The notes below the pieces were generated by a model. The model searched no databases. It had not been told where the DNA came from and worked only from the letters and a program-made list of their open reading frames with translations. A program made the translations under genes and the position numbers. This document shows positions 19,627 through 30,617 of a stretch of DNA of 64,000 nt, one piece after another (the stretch's first letter is position 1; each line of letters opens with the position of its first letter). The stretch is from Candidatus Poribacteria bacterium (GTDB lineage Bacteria; Poribacteria; WGA-4E; WGA-3G): NCBI GenBank assembly GCA_963665235.2, contig CAXXLX010000001.1, positions 832,001 through 896,000 on the forward strand. The letters run 5' to 3'.

Positions 19627-20904
19627 ATGCGTGAAAAAGGAGGGGACCACAGGCGAAACTTCGTTTTCGCGTTGCTGCAAGGCACCTTCATGCGAATCAA
19701 TCTCACCTTTGCAGATGCCACAACAGTCCTCGCCGCTTTTATCTCTAGACTCACGGAATCAGAGCTGATGGTCGGGTTGACCGGTTCAATGTTGACAGCT
19801 GGGTGGATGTGGCCCCAGCTGTTGATGTCAAATCTGCTGGAGCATCGCCCTCGCAAAATGCCGTTTTATGCCCTCGGCATGAGCCTCCGCGTATTAGCTT
19901 GGTTTGCCATATTTTGCTGCACGGTCGGAATCGGCACACAGAATCCGAGCTTACTTTCTACCTGTTTTTTGGCACTCTACTTTTTATCTACCTCCGCCAT
20001 GGGCATTTCGACGTTGCCTTACATGGACATCATCTCTAAGGCCATAGCCCCGAATCGGCGAGCTCGCTTTTTTAGCCTACGTCAATTGTGCGGTGGATTT
20101 TTTGCTATCTGGGTAGGGTTTCTCGTCCGTGCAGTCCTCCGTAATGATGTCCAAACCTCCCTCGAATTTCCGAATAACTACGCCCTCCTTTTTATCTGTT
20201 CCATGAGTGCTGCCCTCCTCTCATTTATCAGTTTCCTCGGCGTACGCGAACCGATTCACCCGGTTCAGCCGACACGCCAACCCCTATGGCAACATCTAAA
20301 GCAGGGGCCGCACTTCCTACGGACAGACCGAAATTATCGCCGGTTTCTCTTCTTTCGTATCTGTTTACATTTCTCTGGTATGGCAACCCCGTTCTACACA
20401 ACATACGCCCTCCGTGAATTAGGCGTTTCTGAAGCGACTATCGGATTTTTCATCGTATGCTCCGCATTGAGCGGTGTCATTTCAAATGCGGTATGGGGGT
20501 ATATCGGCGAAAAACATGGCGTGCGCTGGCTGTTGATTATCACCGCAGGGCTCATGATATTTCCACCGGCAATCGCCTTCTTTTCCGGGATGCTATCGGG
20601 TACTCTCATGCTACTTACCTATTTCCTGATTTTCGCAATCGGGGGTATTTTAACGAACGGTATGATGGTCGGGTTCATGGCGTATATGCTGAACATCGCA
20701 CCGCCTCGGCAGCGGCCCAGTTACATCGGTTTCATGAACACGTTGCTGCTCCCCGCCAGTTTTGCCCCTGCGGTAGGGGGACTCCTTGTACCGCGTATCG
20801 GTTATCAATGGTTATTTACGATATGCTTCTGCATCTGCCTTATCGCCTTCTACATCGCGACCGGGCTACAAGAAATCGTGCGCGAGCATGAAAATATAGA
20901 GTGA
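19627..20904 (+). CDS. MFS transporter
   Basis: About 12 hydrophobic segments; WGYIGEKHG and APP..RPSY motifs. Confidence 0.85.
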   Translation: MREKGGDHRRNFVFALLQGTFMRINLTFADATTVLAAFISRLTESELMVGLTGSMLTAGWMWPQLLMSNLLEHRPRKMPFYALGMSLRVLAWFAIFCCTVGIGTQNPSLLSTCFLALYFLSTSAMGISTLPYMDIISKAIAPNRRARFFSLRQLCGGFFAIWVGFLVRAVLRNDVQTSLEFPNNYALLFICSMSAALLSFISFLGVREPIHPVQPTRQPLWQHLKQGPHFLRTDRNYRRFLFFRICLHFSGMATPFYTTYALRELGVSEATIGFFIVCSALSGVISNAVWGYIGEKHGVRWLLIITAGLMIFPPAIAFFSGMLSGTLMLLTYFLIFAIGGILTNGMMVGFMAYMLNIAPPRQRPSYIGFMNTLLLPASFAPAVGGLLVPRIGYQWLFTICFCICLIAFYIATGLQEIVREHENIE

Positions 20905-20970
20905 GACAACTGCTGTAAAAGCAAATATGCGGAAAAATGTGACACGTTATCAATCTTGTGATATACTTAA

Positions 20971-21852
20971 ACGTGAGCTTGATAATAAATATCCGTTTTC
21001 ACTAACCTCTATAAAGATATCGTCCTTGAGGAGCGGGCTGCTTGCCCGAATACTGGGACTAATACCATTTTTATTAATTATTCTATCATTACCGGTTGTT
21101 AGAAATCAAACGGAGAACGGAAGACACAAACTGGAAGTTTATGCTACAATAAAGTGCAAACTGGATGAAGATTAAGAAATTAATTCAAACTGGAAGTTTA
21201 TGCTACAATAAAGTGCCCAAACTGGAAGTTTATGCTACAATAAAGTGCCCAAACTGGAAGTTTATGCTACAATAAAGTACTGCACAAACTGGAAGTTTAT
21301 GCTACAATAAAGTGCCCAAACTGGAAGTTTATGCTACAATAAAGTGCACAAACTGGAAGTTTATGCTACAATAAAGTGCACAAACTGGAAGTTTATGCTA
21401 CAATAAAGTGCACAAACTGGAACTGGAAGTTTATGCAAGAAGAGGGCATTCAAGGAGTTTCATAGACCGGGCCGTGGCCGCAAACCCGCGTTCGCCCCCA
21501 AATCCCCCGAAGAAGCAGAAACCGACAAACTGGAAGTTTAGACCCATCAAAACCCACAGAACACGGCTGTGCTTTATCAAGATGAGTTCTCATTTTACCG
21601 AAACCCCACTATAGCAAAAACTGCACAAACTGGAAGTTTATGCTACAATAAAGAGACATTTTCAATTAGAAATGGTATAAGAATTGGGGCGGAAACGGCT
21701 TCTATAAAGATATCGTCCTTGAGGAGCGGGCTGCTTGCCCGAATACTGGGACTAAGAATTGGGACGTGAACGTCTTTTTCTATAAACATATCGTCCCTAA
21801 GGAGCGAGCTGTTTGCCCGAATACCAGGGCAAAACTTTTTCCAAACTCACGT
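20971..21852. mobile_element. Composite ACG-family MITE containing REP-C units and a nested TACCA-MITE
   Basis: Ends ACGTGAGCTTGA...CCAAACTCACGT. Confidence 0.75.
21063..21677. mobile_element. TACCA-MITE with REP-B array, nested in a REP-C unit
   Basis: TSD TAA; the uninterrupted target CTGGGAC-TAA-GAATTGGG is visible near 21746-21763. Confidence 0.9.
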
Positions 21853-21902
21853 TAAAAAAAACAGGACGAAACACGTTTGCCCGCATGTCCTCGGAGGTTG
21901 TT

Positions 21903-24221
21903 GTGATCAAAAGGAGCTTATTCTCTATTTTCGCACTGTTATATATCGTTTCAATGCCCTATCTACTGAGCAGCTTTGCCCAAGACTACACACAATGGGA
22001 GCTGCCTGAACATGCCATAGCGCGTCTCGGCAAAGGGCGGATTGAAGATATACAGTACTCCCCGGATGGAACTATACTCGCAGTCGCGACCACAATCGGT
22101 ATTTGGATATATGATACTGAGACGTATCAGGAAAGTGCCTTGCTGACGTATCAGGAAAGTGCCTTGCTCACACTGAACAAGAAAGGGGTCAAGGAAATTT
22201 TATTCGATACTGAAGGGACAACCCTCGCTAGCGTGCATAGGCGCGGGGGCATTACACTCTGGGATGTTGGAATGCAAAGCCCCAGGAAAACACTCATGAC
22301 CGGTTCTTCTCTTAACCATATCATGCGATTCAGTCCAGATGGACGCATATTTGCAAATGGGGGTTACGAAGAGGTTCTACTATGGGATGCGGTTACAGGT
22401 GAGTCTAAAAACATCCTCAAAGCGCATAAGAAATTTGTTCAGTGTTTAGCATTCAGTCCAGATGGGCAAACCCTCGCGAGTGGAGGTGAAGACCAGACTA
22501 TTCACCTGTGGGATGTTGTTACCGGGAAACGCAAACAAACCATTACAATGCCTAAAGGGACGGTCACCGATATATCTTTCAGTCCGGACGGTAACACGTT
22601 TGCAAGTGTAAGCGATAACAAAACAATCCATTTGTGGGATACAACTACATGGAAACATAAAAAACAGGTAGTAAATCAGGGTGTGATTACCGAACAGGTC
22701 GAAGACAAAGAACGGATTGAAAGTGTGTTCTTCAGTCCGGACGGTAGCACGTTTGCAGCTGTGAGCACTGACACAACAATTCGCTTATGGGATACAACAA
22801 CAGGGACGCTCAGGCAAACCTTCATAGAGGAAAATGCAGAACAAGCAGGCAATGAAAGAGAGATAGAAAACGTATTGTTCAGTCCGGATGGGCAATCAAT
22901 TTCTAGTGTGAGTGACTATGGAAAAATCCGGTTATGGGACGTTGCGACAGGCAAACGTAAACGTTTGAGCGAAGATGCAGGTTATGTTACGAAGGCAGCA
23001 TTTAACCACAATGGGAGGACACTCGCGACTGGAACTTATAATGGTACCATTCGTTTATGGGACGTTGCGACAGGTAAACACAAAAAAACAATCCCAAATT
23101 TCGGCGCGCAGCACCTAGGTACGTCTCGTCTGGATCCGCCTGATATCAATAACATATCACTGAGTCCAAATGGAAGTAAGTTTGTGGCTGGCAATCCAGC
23201 TGAAACTATCTACTTCTGGGATTCAATCACAAGGCAGCAACAACCCATAATGGGACAGACACATCCTGCCGAAAAAGATATATGGTTCAGCGGGGTGTTG
23301 TTCAGTCCAGACGGGGACACCTTGGCAAGTTGGAGTTACAACTATACAACTATTCATCTATGGAATATCACCAGCAAACGTAAGCGAACCCTTACAGGAC
23401 ATACAGGTAAAATCAAACGTGTCACTTTTAGTCCAGATGGGAAAACGCTTGCAAGTTGGAGCCTTGCCCAAGACAAAACCATCCGTCTATGGGATGTCGC
23501 AACAGGAAAGCACAAGCGAACCCTTACAGGACATACAGAATTGGTCGAGAGTGTCATTTTCAGTCCTGATGAACAGATGCTTGTCAGTGGCGGGAGCGAT
23601 GGCACGCTCTATTTGTGGGAGATTGTCCTACAGGAATACAAGAGGTATCCCTTCACAAATCAACGTTTTGCGAACGAGCAAAAGGCACATGCGGTTGCTG
23701 TCCCTATCCTATCGTTTAACTCAGATGGGAGTGCACTTGCCAGTGGTAGTAAAAGCGGTTCCATCTATCTATGGGATGTTGGTACAAGGGCAATCAAACA
23801 AACATTCAAAGGACATACGGATACTATCTTAAGCATATCGTTCGGTCCCGATGGGCAGGAAATCGCGAGCACAAGCAAAGACGCTACTGCCCGTTTGTGG
23901 GATGTCGCAACAGGTAAACAAAAACAAGCAATCGCCGGATATGGGGGTTCTGTATATGAGCGTTCTGTATGGCATGTGCACTTCTCTTCAAGTGGGCTGC
24001 CGCTAGCAAGCGAGGTTAAAGGCGAGATTGGAGGGGTTGATGACGATAAGATTCGCCTGTGGGATTTACGCACAGGACAGCTTAAAAAAATGCTTACGGG
24101 GCATGCTTCATGGGTTAAAAATCTTTCGTTCAGTGCTGATGGGAAAACGATTGCAAGTCTGAGTTTTGATGCTACAGTGATTTTGTGGGACCTAACATCC
24201 GTAATGCAAGCTGCAGATTAG
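21903..24221 (+). CDS. Secreted WD40 repeat protein
   Basis: Many GH...FSPDG...LWD repeats; signal peptide. Confidence 0.92.
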   Translation: MIKRSLFSIFALLYIVSMPYLLSSFAQDYTQWELPEHAIARLGKGRIEDIQYSPDGTILAVATTIGIWIYDTETYQESALLTYQESALLTLNKKGVKEILFDTEGTTLASVHRRGGITLWDVGMQSPRKTLMTGSSLNHIMRFSPDGRIFANGGYEEVLLWDAVTGESKNILKAHKKFVQCLAFSPDGQTLASGGEDQTIHLWDVVTGKRKQTITMPKGTVTDISFSPDGNTFASVSDNKTIHLWDTTTWKHKKQVVNQGVITEQVEDKERIESVFFSPDGSTFAAVSTDTTIRLWDTTTGTLRQTFIEENAEQAGNEREIENVLFSPDGQSISSVSDYGKIRLWDVATGKRKRLSEDAGYVTKAAFNHNGRTLATGTYNGTIRLWDVATGKHKKTIPNFGAQHLGTSRLDPPDINNISLSPNGSKFVAGNPAETIYFWDSITRQQQPIMGQTHPAEKDIWFSGVLFSPDGDTLASWSYNYTTIHLWNITSKRKRTLTGHTGKIKRVTFSPDGKTLASWSLAQDKTIRLWDVATGKHKRTLTGHTELVESVIFSPDEQMLVSGGSDGTLYLWEIVLQEYKRYPFTNQRFANEQKAHAVAVPILSFNSDGSALASGSKSGSIYLWDVGTRAIKQTFKGHTDTILSISFGPDGQEIASTSKDATARLWDVATGKQKQAIAGYGGSVYERSVWHVHFSSSGLPLASEVKGEIGGVDDDKIRLWDLRTGQLKKMLTGHASWVKNLSFSADGKTIASLSFDATVILWDLTSVMQAAD

Positions 24222-24418
24222 GTCGGGTTGTTTGTCAGAATCGCGGAGGGCGCGGAGAACACAGAAAACGCGGAAAATGCTACGGGTCAGACAGGGTTAT
24301 TTAGTTTTCCAGCCTCCCTTTATAGAAGGGAAACCCTTCATTGCCCGTCGATGCCCGAACTATTTATCTAAACTTCATTAAGCTCGATATGTCGCTAGCA
24401 GCTTAGAGAGGTGTCAAA

Positions 24419-26380
24419 GTGAAAACGAGAATGCGTTCAATTTTTTTAGTACTATGTATTGTTTCCCCTATTGTAATTCTGTGCACTATTTTTTTTACGC
24501 GATTTCAACGCGAGACACTCCTTCACGAATCACCACAAAATCAGCTGCCTGAGGGCGTGAAATTGCGTATTGGTAAAGGCAGTGTAAATGATATAGCGTA
24601 TTCTCCAGATGGCTCAATATTAGCAGTTGCAACCACTATCGGTATTTGGTTTTATGATACTTCCACCGATACAGCGCGCACACTGCTTACAGGGGATAGC
24701 CGCGGTATTGCAAGCATTTCATTCAGTCCGGATGGAAAAACACTTGCTGGCGGAGGGGGGGATAGGACAATCTATTTGTGGGATGTTGCCACGGGCAAAC
24801 GTAAGCAATCCTTTGTAGGGCATGATGGGACCATTCTTAAGGTATTGTTTAGCCGAGATGGAAATACACTTGTAAGCGCGGGTATATACCGTACAAATCT
24901 GTGGGATGTTACCACCGGCACACATAGGAGAAAACACTATCGCGGTATGGATCATGGGGATGCGTTATGGTTTAACCGCGCTAGCGGAATAAGGGCATCT
25001 GCGCGTAGCGCAGATATTCGTCTGTCTAAGCTAATCACCGGAGAAGAAAAGGGAACACTGAAGGGACATAAGAAAAATATCAAAAGCTTGGCATTCAGTT
25101 TGGATGGACAGATGCTTGCAAGTGGAAGTTACGATAAAACCATCCGCTTATGGGATGTCGCCACCGGAACACATAAGAAAACCCTCAAAGGGCATAAGAA
25201 AAGTATCAATAGCATCACATTCAGTCCTGATAAACAGCTGCTGGCAAGTGGGAGTAGAGATGAGACTGTCCGCGTGTGGGATACCGCTACAGGCCGGCTC
25301 AAGAATACTTTTAAAGCAGATATGGCTGATGTACAACACGTGGCATTCAGTCCTGATGGGCAAACGCTTGCAAGTTGGAGCAACGACCATATTCTCCACT
25401 TGTGGGATATCACTACTGGCAAACACAAGAGAGCTATCACGGGACATATAGCTCCTGTTGCTGCCGTGTCGTTTAGTCCGGATGGAACGACACTTGCAAT
25501 TGCCGCATCTAAAGAGATTCTACTGTGGGATGCAATCGAAGGGATACACAGGAAAACCTTACTTGGACATGAAGGGGCAGTGGATTGTATAGCCTTCAGC
25601 CCGAATGGACGTTCGATTGGTAGTGGAAGTGTGGATGAGACTGTCCGCGTGTGGGATGTTGCTACTGGCAAACGTAAGAAAACCATAAAAGAACATATTT
25701 CCGGACGAGATATTTATTTTTTTGTCAGAAACGTAGCGTTCAGTCCCGATGGACAAATTCTCGCTAGCTCAAACAAGGACAAGACAATCCGATTGTGGGA
25801 TGCTGCTACAGGCAAACACAAAAAAACTTTGACAGGACATACAGGCGTTGTCAAGACGCTTGCGTTCAGTCCCAACGGACGTACTATTGCCAGTGGAAGC
25901 AGAGCAGACGAGAAAGCGGTCCGATTATGGGATGTTGCCACCGGCGAACACAAAAGAACGCTCCACAGTCATACATCAGGTATTTCAAGCGTGACGTTTA
26001 GTCCAGATGGGAGTATCCTTGCTACTATGGACCAAAATAACGTAAAATTGTGGGATGCCGCTTCAGGTGACCCCTTAAAAACGCTCACCGTAAAAACGCC
26101 CAGAGAACATATCTCTTTTGTTCAGACTTTATTGGGTTTATCGAGTTTATCGTTCGCGCCGGATGGTCGAACGCTTGCAAGTGCAGGTTGGGATACAGCT
26201 GTCCGACTATGGGACGTTTCAACAGGCACACACTACAAAACCCTCACAGGACACAAGCAAGGAGTCTATTGTGTCCTGTTCAGTCCTGATGGACAGACGC
26301 TTGCAAGTGGGAGTCCGGATGGCACAGTATTACTATGGGATATCCCTGCTATAATCAACGCAACAGATGGCGCAAAGTAA
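24419..26380 (+). CDS. WD40 repeat protein
   Basis: Many WD40 repeats; N-terminal TM/signal segment. Confidence 0.92.
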   Translation: MKTRMRSIFLVLCIVSPIVILCTIFFTRFQRETLLHESPQNQLPEGVKLRIGKGSVNDIAYSPDGSILAVATTIGIWFYDTSTDTARTLLTGDSRGIASISFSPDGKTLAGGGGDRTIYLWDVATGKRKQSFVGHDGTILKVLFSRDGNTLVSAGIYRTNLWDVTTGTHRRKHYRGMDHGDALWFNRASGIRASARSADIRLSKLITGEEKGTLKGHKKNIKSLAFSLDGQMLASGSYDKTIRLWDVATGTHKKTLKGHKKSINSITFSPDKQLLASGSRDETVRVWDTATGRLKNTFKADMADVQHVAFSPDGQTLASWSNDHILHLWDITTGKHKRAITGHIAPVAAVSFSPDGTTLAIAASKEILLWDAIEGIHRKTLLGHEGAVDCIAFSPNGRSIGSGSVDETVRVWDVATGKRKKTIKEHISGRDIYFFVRNVAFSPDGQILASSNKDKTIRLWDAATGKHKKTLTGHTGVVKTLAFSPNGRTIASGSRADEKAVRLWDVATGEHKRTLHSHTSGISSVTFSPDGSILATMDQNNVKLWDAASGDPLKTLTVKTPREHISFVQTLLGLSSLSFAPDGRTLASAGWDTAVRLWDVSTGTHYKTLTGHKQGVYCVLFSPDGQTLASGSPDGTVLLWDIPAIINATDGAK

Positions 26381-26976
26381 TACCATTTTTATTAATTATC
26401 CTATCATTACCGGTCGTTAGAAATGAAACGGAGAACGGAAGACACAAACTGGAAGTTTATGCTACAAGACCGCACAAACTGGAAGTTTATGCTACAAGAC
26501 CGCACAAACTGGAAGTTTATGCTACAAGACCGCACAAACTGGAAGTTTATGCTACAACAAACTGGAAGTTTATGCTACAAGACCGCACAAACTGGAAGTT
26601 TATGCTACAAGACCGCACAAACTGGAAGTTTATGCTACAAGACCGCCCAAACTGGAAGTTTATGCTACCGCACAAACTGGAAGTTTATGCTACAAGACCG
26701 CACAAACTGGAAGTTTATGCTACAAGATGCTACAAGGAGGCACAAACTGGAAGTTTATGCTACAAGAGGCACAAACTGGAAGTTTATGCTACAAGGAGGC
26801 ACAAACTACAAGACCGCACAAACTGGAAGTTTATGCTACAAGACCGCACAAACTGGAAGTTTATGCTACAAGACCGCACAAACTGGAAGTTTATGCTACA
26901 AGGCACAAACTGGAAGTTTATGCACAAACTGGAAGTTTATGCTACAATAAAGAGACATTTCCAATTAGAAATGGTA
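26381..26976. mobile_element. TACCA-MITE with a long REP-B array
   Basis: TSD TAA, where the left copy is the WD40 stop codon; linker AAGACCG. Confidence 0.9.
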
Positions 26977-27229
26977 TAATATGAAATAGGTCGCGTGCGA
27001 AGCACGCTCCTACAGAAGAGGTTTGTTGAAAAAACCGGCGGAAAATATCGAGAACTAAATGGCCCTGGCAATCCAGCACTGCGTCAGAAACCTATTTAGA
27101 ATCACAAACTCTTGCTAATTGCTAAATTGGCTATTGGCTTATGGCTATTGGAAACCTATGGCAAGAGGAAGAGGTTTTTGACGCGCTTCAAAAACTGTGC
27201 ACCTTCACAACGTCTTTTGCTAATTGCTA

Positions 27230-27381
27230 ACGCGAGTTTGAAAAAAAGTTTTGACTTAGAGCGTTCTGTGGTAGTTTTAGCAAAAACCAGCACAAACTAG
27301 GAAGTTTATGCTACAATTATACCGCTTTTTTCGCGATGAAAAAGGTTTAGAGCAAACGGATATTTATTATCAAGCTCACGT
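27230..27381. mobile_element. 152-bp ACG-family MITE
   Basis: TSD TAATTGCTA, inside a heptamer repeat tract. Confidence 0.9.
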
Positions 27382-27408
27382 TAATTGCTAATCGCTAATC
27401 GCTAATTG

Positions 27409-28314
27409 CTAAACTGTGCGACACAGTTCAATAATCCGTTCAGCCCCATCAACAGGATTGAAGCTATAACCGCCTAACGCAATCAGAGCTGCGTTCCCCT
27501 TTGGCGGATTGTCAAGACAACTTGGCGCGAGGACAAAGAGAGGTATACCCATCTCAAGTGCCGTTTTGGCAGTGCTGAACGTCCCGCTGTTCTTTCCCTG
27601 TTCATCCCGTTCAGGACCGGACTCAATCACAACAACCGCTTTAGAGAGAGCACACAGTAGCTCATTCCGAATTATTCCGTTGCGTGCTAACCACTTTACA
27701 GTAGGGGCAAACTGTGACACTGAAAGTATATCCCGTTCCCAATTGAATTCCGTGAACGCCTCTTTGTAACGCAATTCCTGAATGCCGTAAGGCAGCACAA
27801 TTGTCGTTGTACCGCCAGCCGCTAACGCGCCTAAGTGTGCCGCTGAGTCTACCCCCTGGGCATATCCAGAGACAACATCTATGCCTACCGCTGCAAGTTT
27901 ACCCGCCAGCTCTTCCGTAATGCGAACCCCTTTATCTGACACCTGCCGCGCCCCAACAATAGTAACGCTATCCGACATAAGACGTTTTCGTTGCCCTTTA
28001 GTAAATAGGACAGGTGAAATTTCAAGGAGATGCGGCAGAAAATCGGGGTGTTCTGGATAGATAATATCAACCCCTTGCTCTTTGAGCTGCGCGTATTCCG
28101 CGTACACCTTTTCCCTATCCGCGGCGCGAATTCTGCCGTTAAGGATTTTCGCCAATTTCGGAGACAGTGCAGCGAGCTCGTCTGGATTAAACAGCACCAT
28201 TTGAAGCTCGGGGTGCCCTGTTTCCAATATCTTCGCAATAGAAGCCAGCCGTTTAGCACCTATACCGCGTGTCCTAAAGAGCCGGAACCAGAAATAATCT
28301 CTATCAATTCTCAT
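27409..28314 (-). CDS. dprA: DNA-processing protein DprA (no C-terminal wHTH domain)
   Basis: IVGAR, VVSGYAQGVDSAAH and RN..I...S..VVVIE motifs. Confidence 0.85.
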   Translation of the reverse strand: MRIDRDYFWFRLFRTRGIGAKRLASIAKILETGHPELQMVLFNPDELAALSPKLAKILNGRIRAADREKVYAEYAQLKEQGVDIIYPEHPDFLPHLLEISPVLFTKGQRKRLMSDSVTIVGARQVSDKGVRITEELAGKLAAVGIDVVSGYAQGVDSAAHLGALAAGGTTTIVLPYGIQELRYKEAFTEFNWERDILSVSQFAPTVKWLARNGIIRNELLCALSKAVVVIESGPERDEQGKNSGTFSTAKTALEMGIPLFVLAPSCLDNPPKGNAALIALGGYSFNPVDGAERIIELCRTV

Positions 28315-28606
28315 TTTTTTCCTTAATTGGATAAAAAACACTCTTCATGGTATACTAATTTGGAAAGGTGATTCGCATTGTCCCGTATTACATAAACATA
28401 TCTTCCCGACAAGACTGAGTAAGAATACCTTAAAATTGATAAAGTGTCAAGATTTTTTGGCGGAGGTTCAATGATTCAAACAAACGTTGTCGATTTTCTA
28501 AAGCAGGTTTCCCGTGGAAAACACACAAAATAGGCACATTCTATAGGATCAGGTTAATTTCGTATTAAAACTGACTAATTTCAGTAACGAGAGGAGGATT
28601 ATAGAA

Positions 28607-29215
28607 ATGGCGTATAGCAATTTTACCTTAGACACGGTAGAGGAAACATTCCAACTTGAAAAGACTGAAACCGCAGGGGTCTTCGCTGGCATTGAACCGG
28701 TAGAGCCGAGCGAGGTCTTTATAATGGAGTTGGAAAAAAGGGTGCCGTTAGCGGTTGCTCTTAAGACAGAGAAAGCGCGGTCGGAATTAATCGTTGTCAA
28801 CGTTCTCGTTGAACTTCGGGAGCACTTTGAGCGGCGCATCAGTTTTTTTTCGGGAATCGACCTCAATGTCGATGCCGAAAACGGGCTAACAGGCGTATGT
28901 GACTTTTTAGTCAGCCTCTCACCGGACCTGCTATATTTGAAGACACCGATTGTCATCATTATTGTTCAGGCGAAAAATGCTGATGCAACAAATGGCTTAG
29001 GGCAGTGTGTCGCGGAGATGCTCGCCGCCCAACGTTTTAACGCAGAAAGAGGCAATGACATTCAACGCGTTTACGGCACTACTACCACCGGCACCGAATG
29101 GCTTTTCCTCAAATTAGAGGGCCAAAAACTCCATATTGATATGATGGGGTATCAGATTACGCAGTGCGACAAAATCCTCGGTATCCTTTCAAGCATGGTC
29201 GAACAAAAGGCATAG
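28607..29215 (+). CDS. PD-(D/E)xK nuclease-fold protein, copy 1 (QAK variant)
   Basis: EKARSE, G.CDF, IIVQAK and GQC.AEM motifs. Confidence 0.7.
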   Translation: MAYSNFTLDTVEETFQLEKTETAGVFAGIEPVEPSEVFIMELEKRVPLAVALKTEKARSELIVVNVLVELREHFERRISFFSGIDLNVDAENGLTGVCDFLVSLSPDLLYLKTPIVIIIVQAKNADATNGLGQCVAEMLAAQRFNAERGNDIQRVYGTTTTGTEWLFLKLEGQKLHIDMMGYQITQCDKILGILSSMVEQKA

Positions 29216-29264
29216 GGTAGTAGGCACACACCGACGTGCCTTTCACTACGGAGGGACTAAACAG

Positions 29265-29870
29265 ATGGCGTATAGCAATTTTACTTTAGACACGGTAGAG
29301 GAAACATTCCAACTTAAAAGGAATGAAACCGCAGGGGTCTTTGCTGGCATTGAACCGGTGGAGCCGAGTGTAGAGCTCACAAAGGATTTGGTAAAAAAGG
29401 TGCCGTTAGCTATCGCTATCGGAACAGAGAAGGCTCGGTCGGAACTGATTGTTGCCGGCCTTCTTGTTGAACTTCGGGAGCACTTTAAGCGGCGCATCAG
29501 TTTTTTTTCGGGCATCGACCTCAATGTCGATGCCGAAAACGGGTTAACAGGTGTCTGTGATTTTTTAGTTAGCCTCTCACCTAATCAGTTTAGTCTGAAA
29601 GCCCCGGTTATCATCATTGTTGAGGCGAAAAATGCTGACCCGAAAAATGGCTTAGGGCAGTGTGTCGCGGAGATGCTCGCCGCCCAACGTTTTAACGCAG
29701 AAAGAGGCAATGACATTCAACGCGTTTACGGCACTACAACCACTGGCACCGAATGGCTTTTCCTCAAATTAGAGGGCCAAAAACTCCATATTGATATGAT
29801 GGGGTATCAGATTACGCAGTGCGACAAAATCCTCGGTATCCTTTCAAGCATGGTCGAACAAAAGGCATAG
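29265..29870 (+). CDS. PD-(D/E)xK nuclease-fold protein, copy 2
   Basis: CDF...VEAK...GQC motifs. Confidence 0.72.
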   Translation: MAYSNFTLDTVEETFQLKRNETAGVFAGIEPVEPSVELTKDLVKKVPLAIAIGTEKARSELIVAGLLVELREHFKRRISFFSGIDLNVDAENGLTGVCDFLVSLSPNQFSLKAPVIIIVEAKNADPKNGLGQCVAEMLAAQRFNAERGNDIQRVYGTTTTGTEWLFLKLEGQKLHIDMMGYQITQCDKILGILSSMVEQKA

Positions 29871-29919
29871 GGGAGGAGGCACACACCGGCGTGCCGTTCA
29901 CTACGGAGGGACTAAACAG

Positions 29920-30525
29920 ATGGCGTATAGCAATTTTACCTTAGACACGGTAGAAGAAACATTCCAACTTGAAAAGACTGAAACCGCGGGGGTCTTTGCT
30001 GGCATTGAATTGGTGGAGCCGAGCGAGGCACTTACAAAGGAGTTGCAAAAAAGGGTGCCGTTAGCTGTCGCTATCGGAACAGAAAAAGCGCGGTCGGAAC
30101 TGATTATTGTCAACGTTCTCGTTGAACTCCGGGAACAGTTTGAGCGGCGCATCAGTTTTTTTTCGGGCATCGACCTTAATGTCGATGCCGAAAACGGACT
30201 AACAGGCGTATGTGACTTTTTAGTCAGCCTCTCACCGGACCTTCTATATTTGAAGACACCTGTCATCATCATTGTTGAGGCGAAGAACGCTGACCCGAAA
30301 AATGGGTTAGGGCAGTGTGTCGCAGAGATGCTCGCCGCACAACGTTTTAACGCAGAAAGAGGCAATGACATTCAGCGCGTTTACGGAACTACGACCACTG
30401 GCACGGAGTGGCTTTTCCTCAAATTAGAGGGACAAAAACTCCACATCGATATCAATAGTTATCATATTAGTCAATGTAGCACAATCCTCGGTATCCTTTC
30501 AAGCATGGTCGAACAAAAGGCATAG
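29920..30525 (+). CDS. PD-(D/E)xK nuclease-fold protein, copy 3
   Basis: CDF...VEAK...GQC motifs. Confidence 0.72.
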   Translation: MAYSNFTLDTVEETFQLEKTETAGVFAGIELVEPSEALTKELQKRVPLAVAIGTEKARSELIIVNVLVELREQFERRISFFSGIDLNVDAENGLTGVCDFLVSLSPDLLYLKTPVIIIVEAKNADPKNGLGQCVAEMLAAQRFNAERGNDIQRVYGTTTTGTEWLFLKLEGQKLHIDINSYHISQCSTILGILSSMVEQKA

Positions 30526-30617
30526 GAAGGAAAAAATGAAAGATTCGGGATGTGTTCACACGAAAGAATAACACCTAACACGGAATGCTGGCGTTACGAG
30601 AAAGGCAGGTATTTATT

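Noticed and set aside
22120-22168. 24-bp in-frame duplication in the WD40 gene
   Set aside because: Consistent with ordinary slippage; no further signal.
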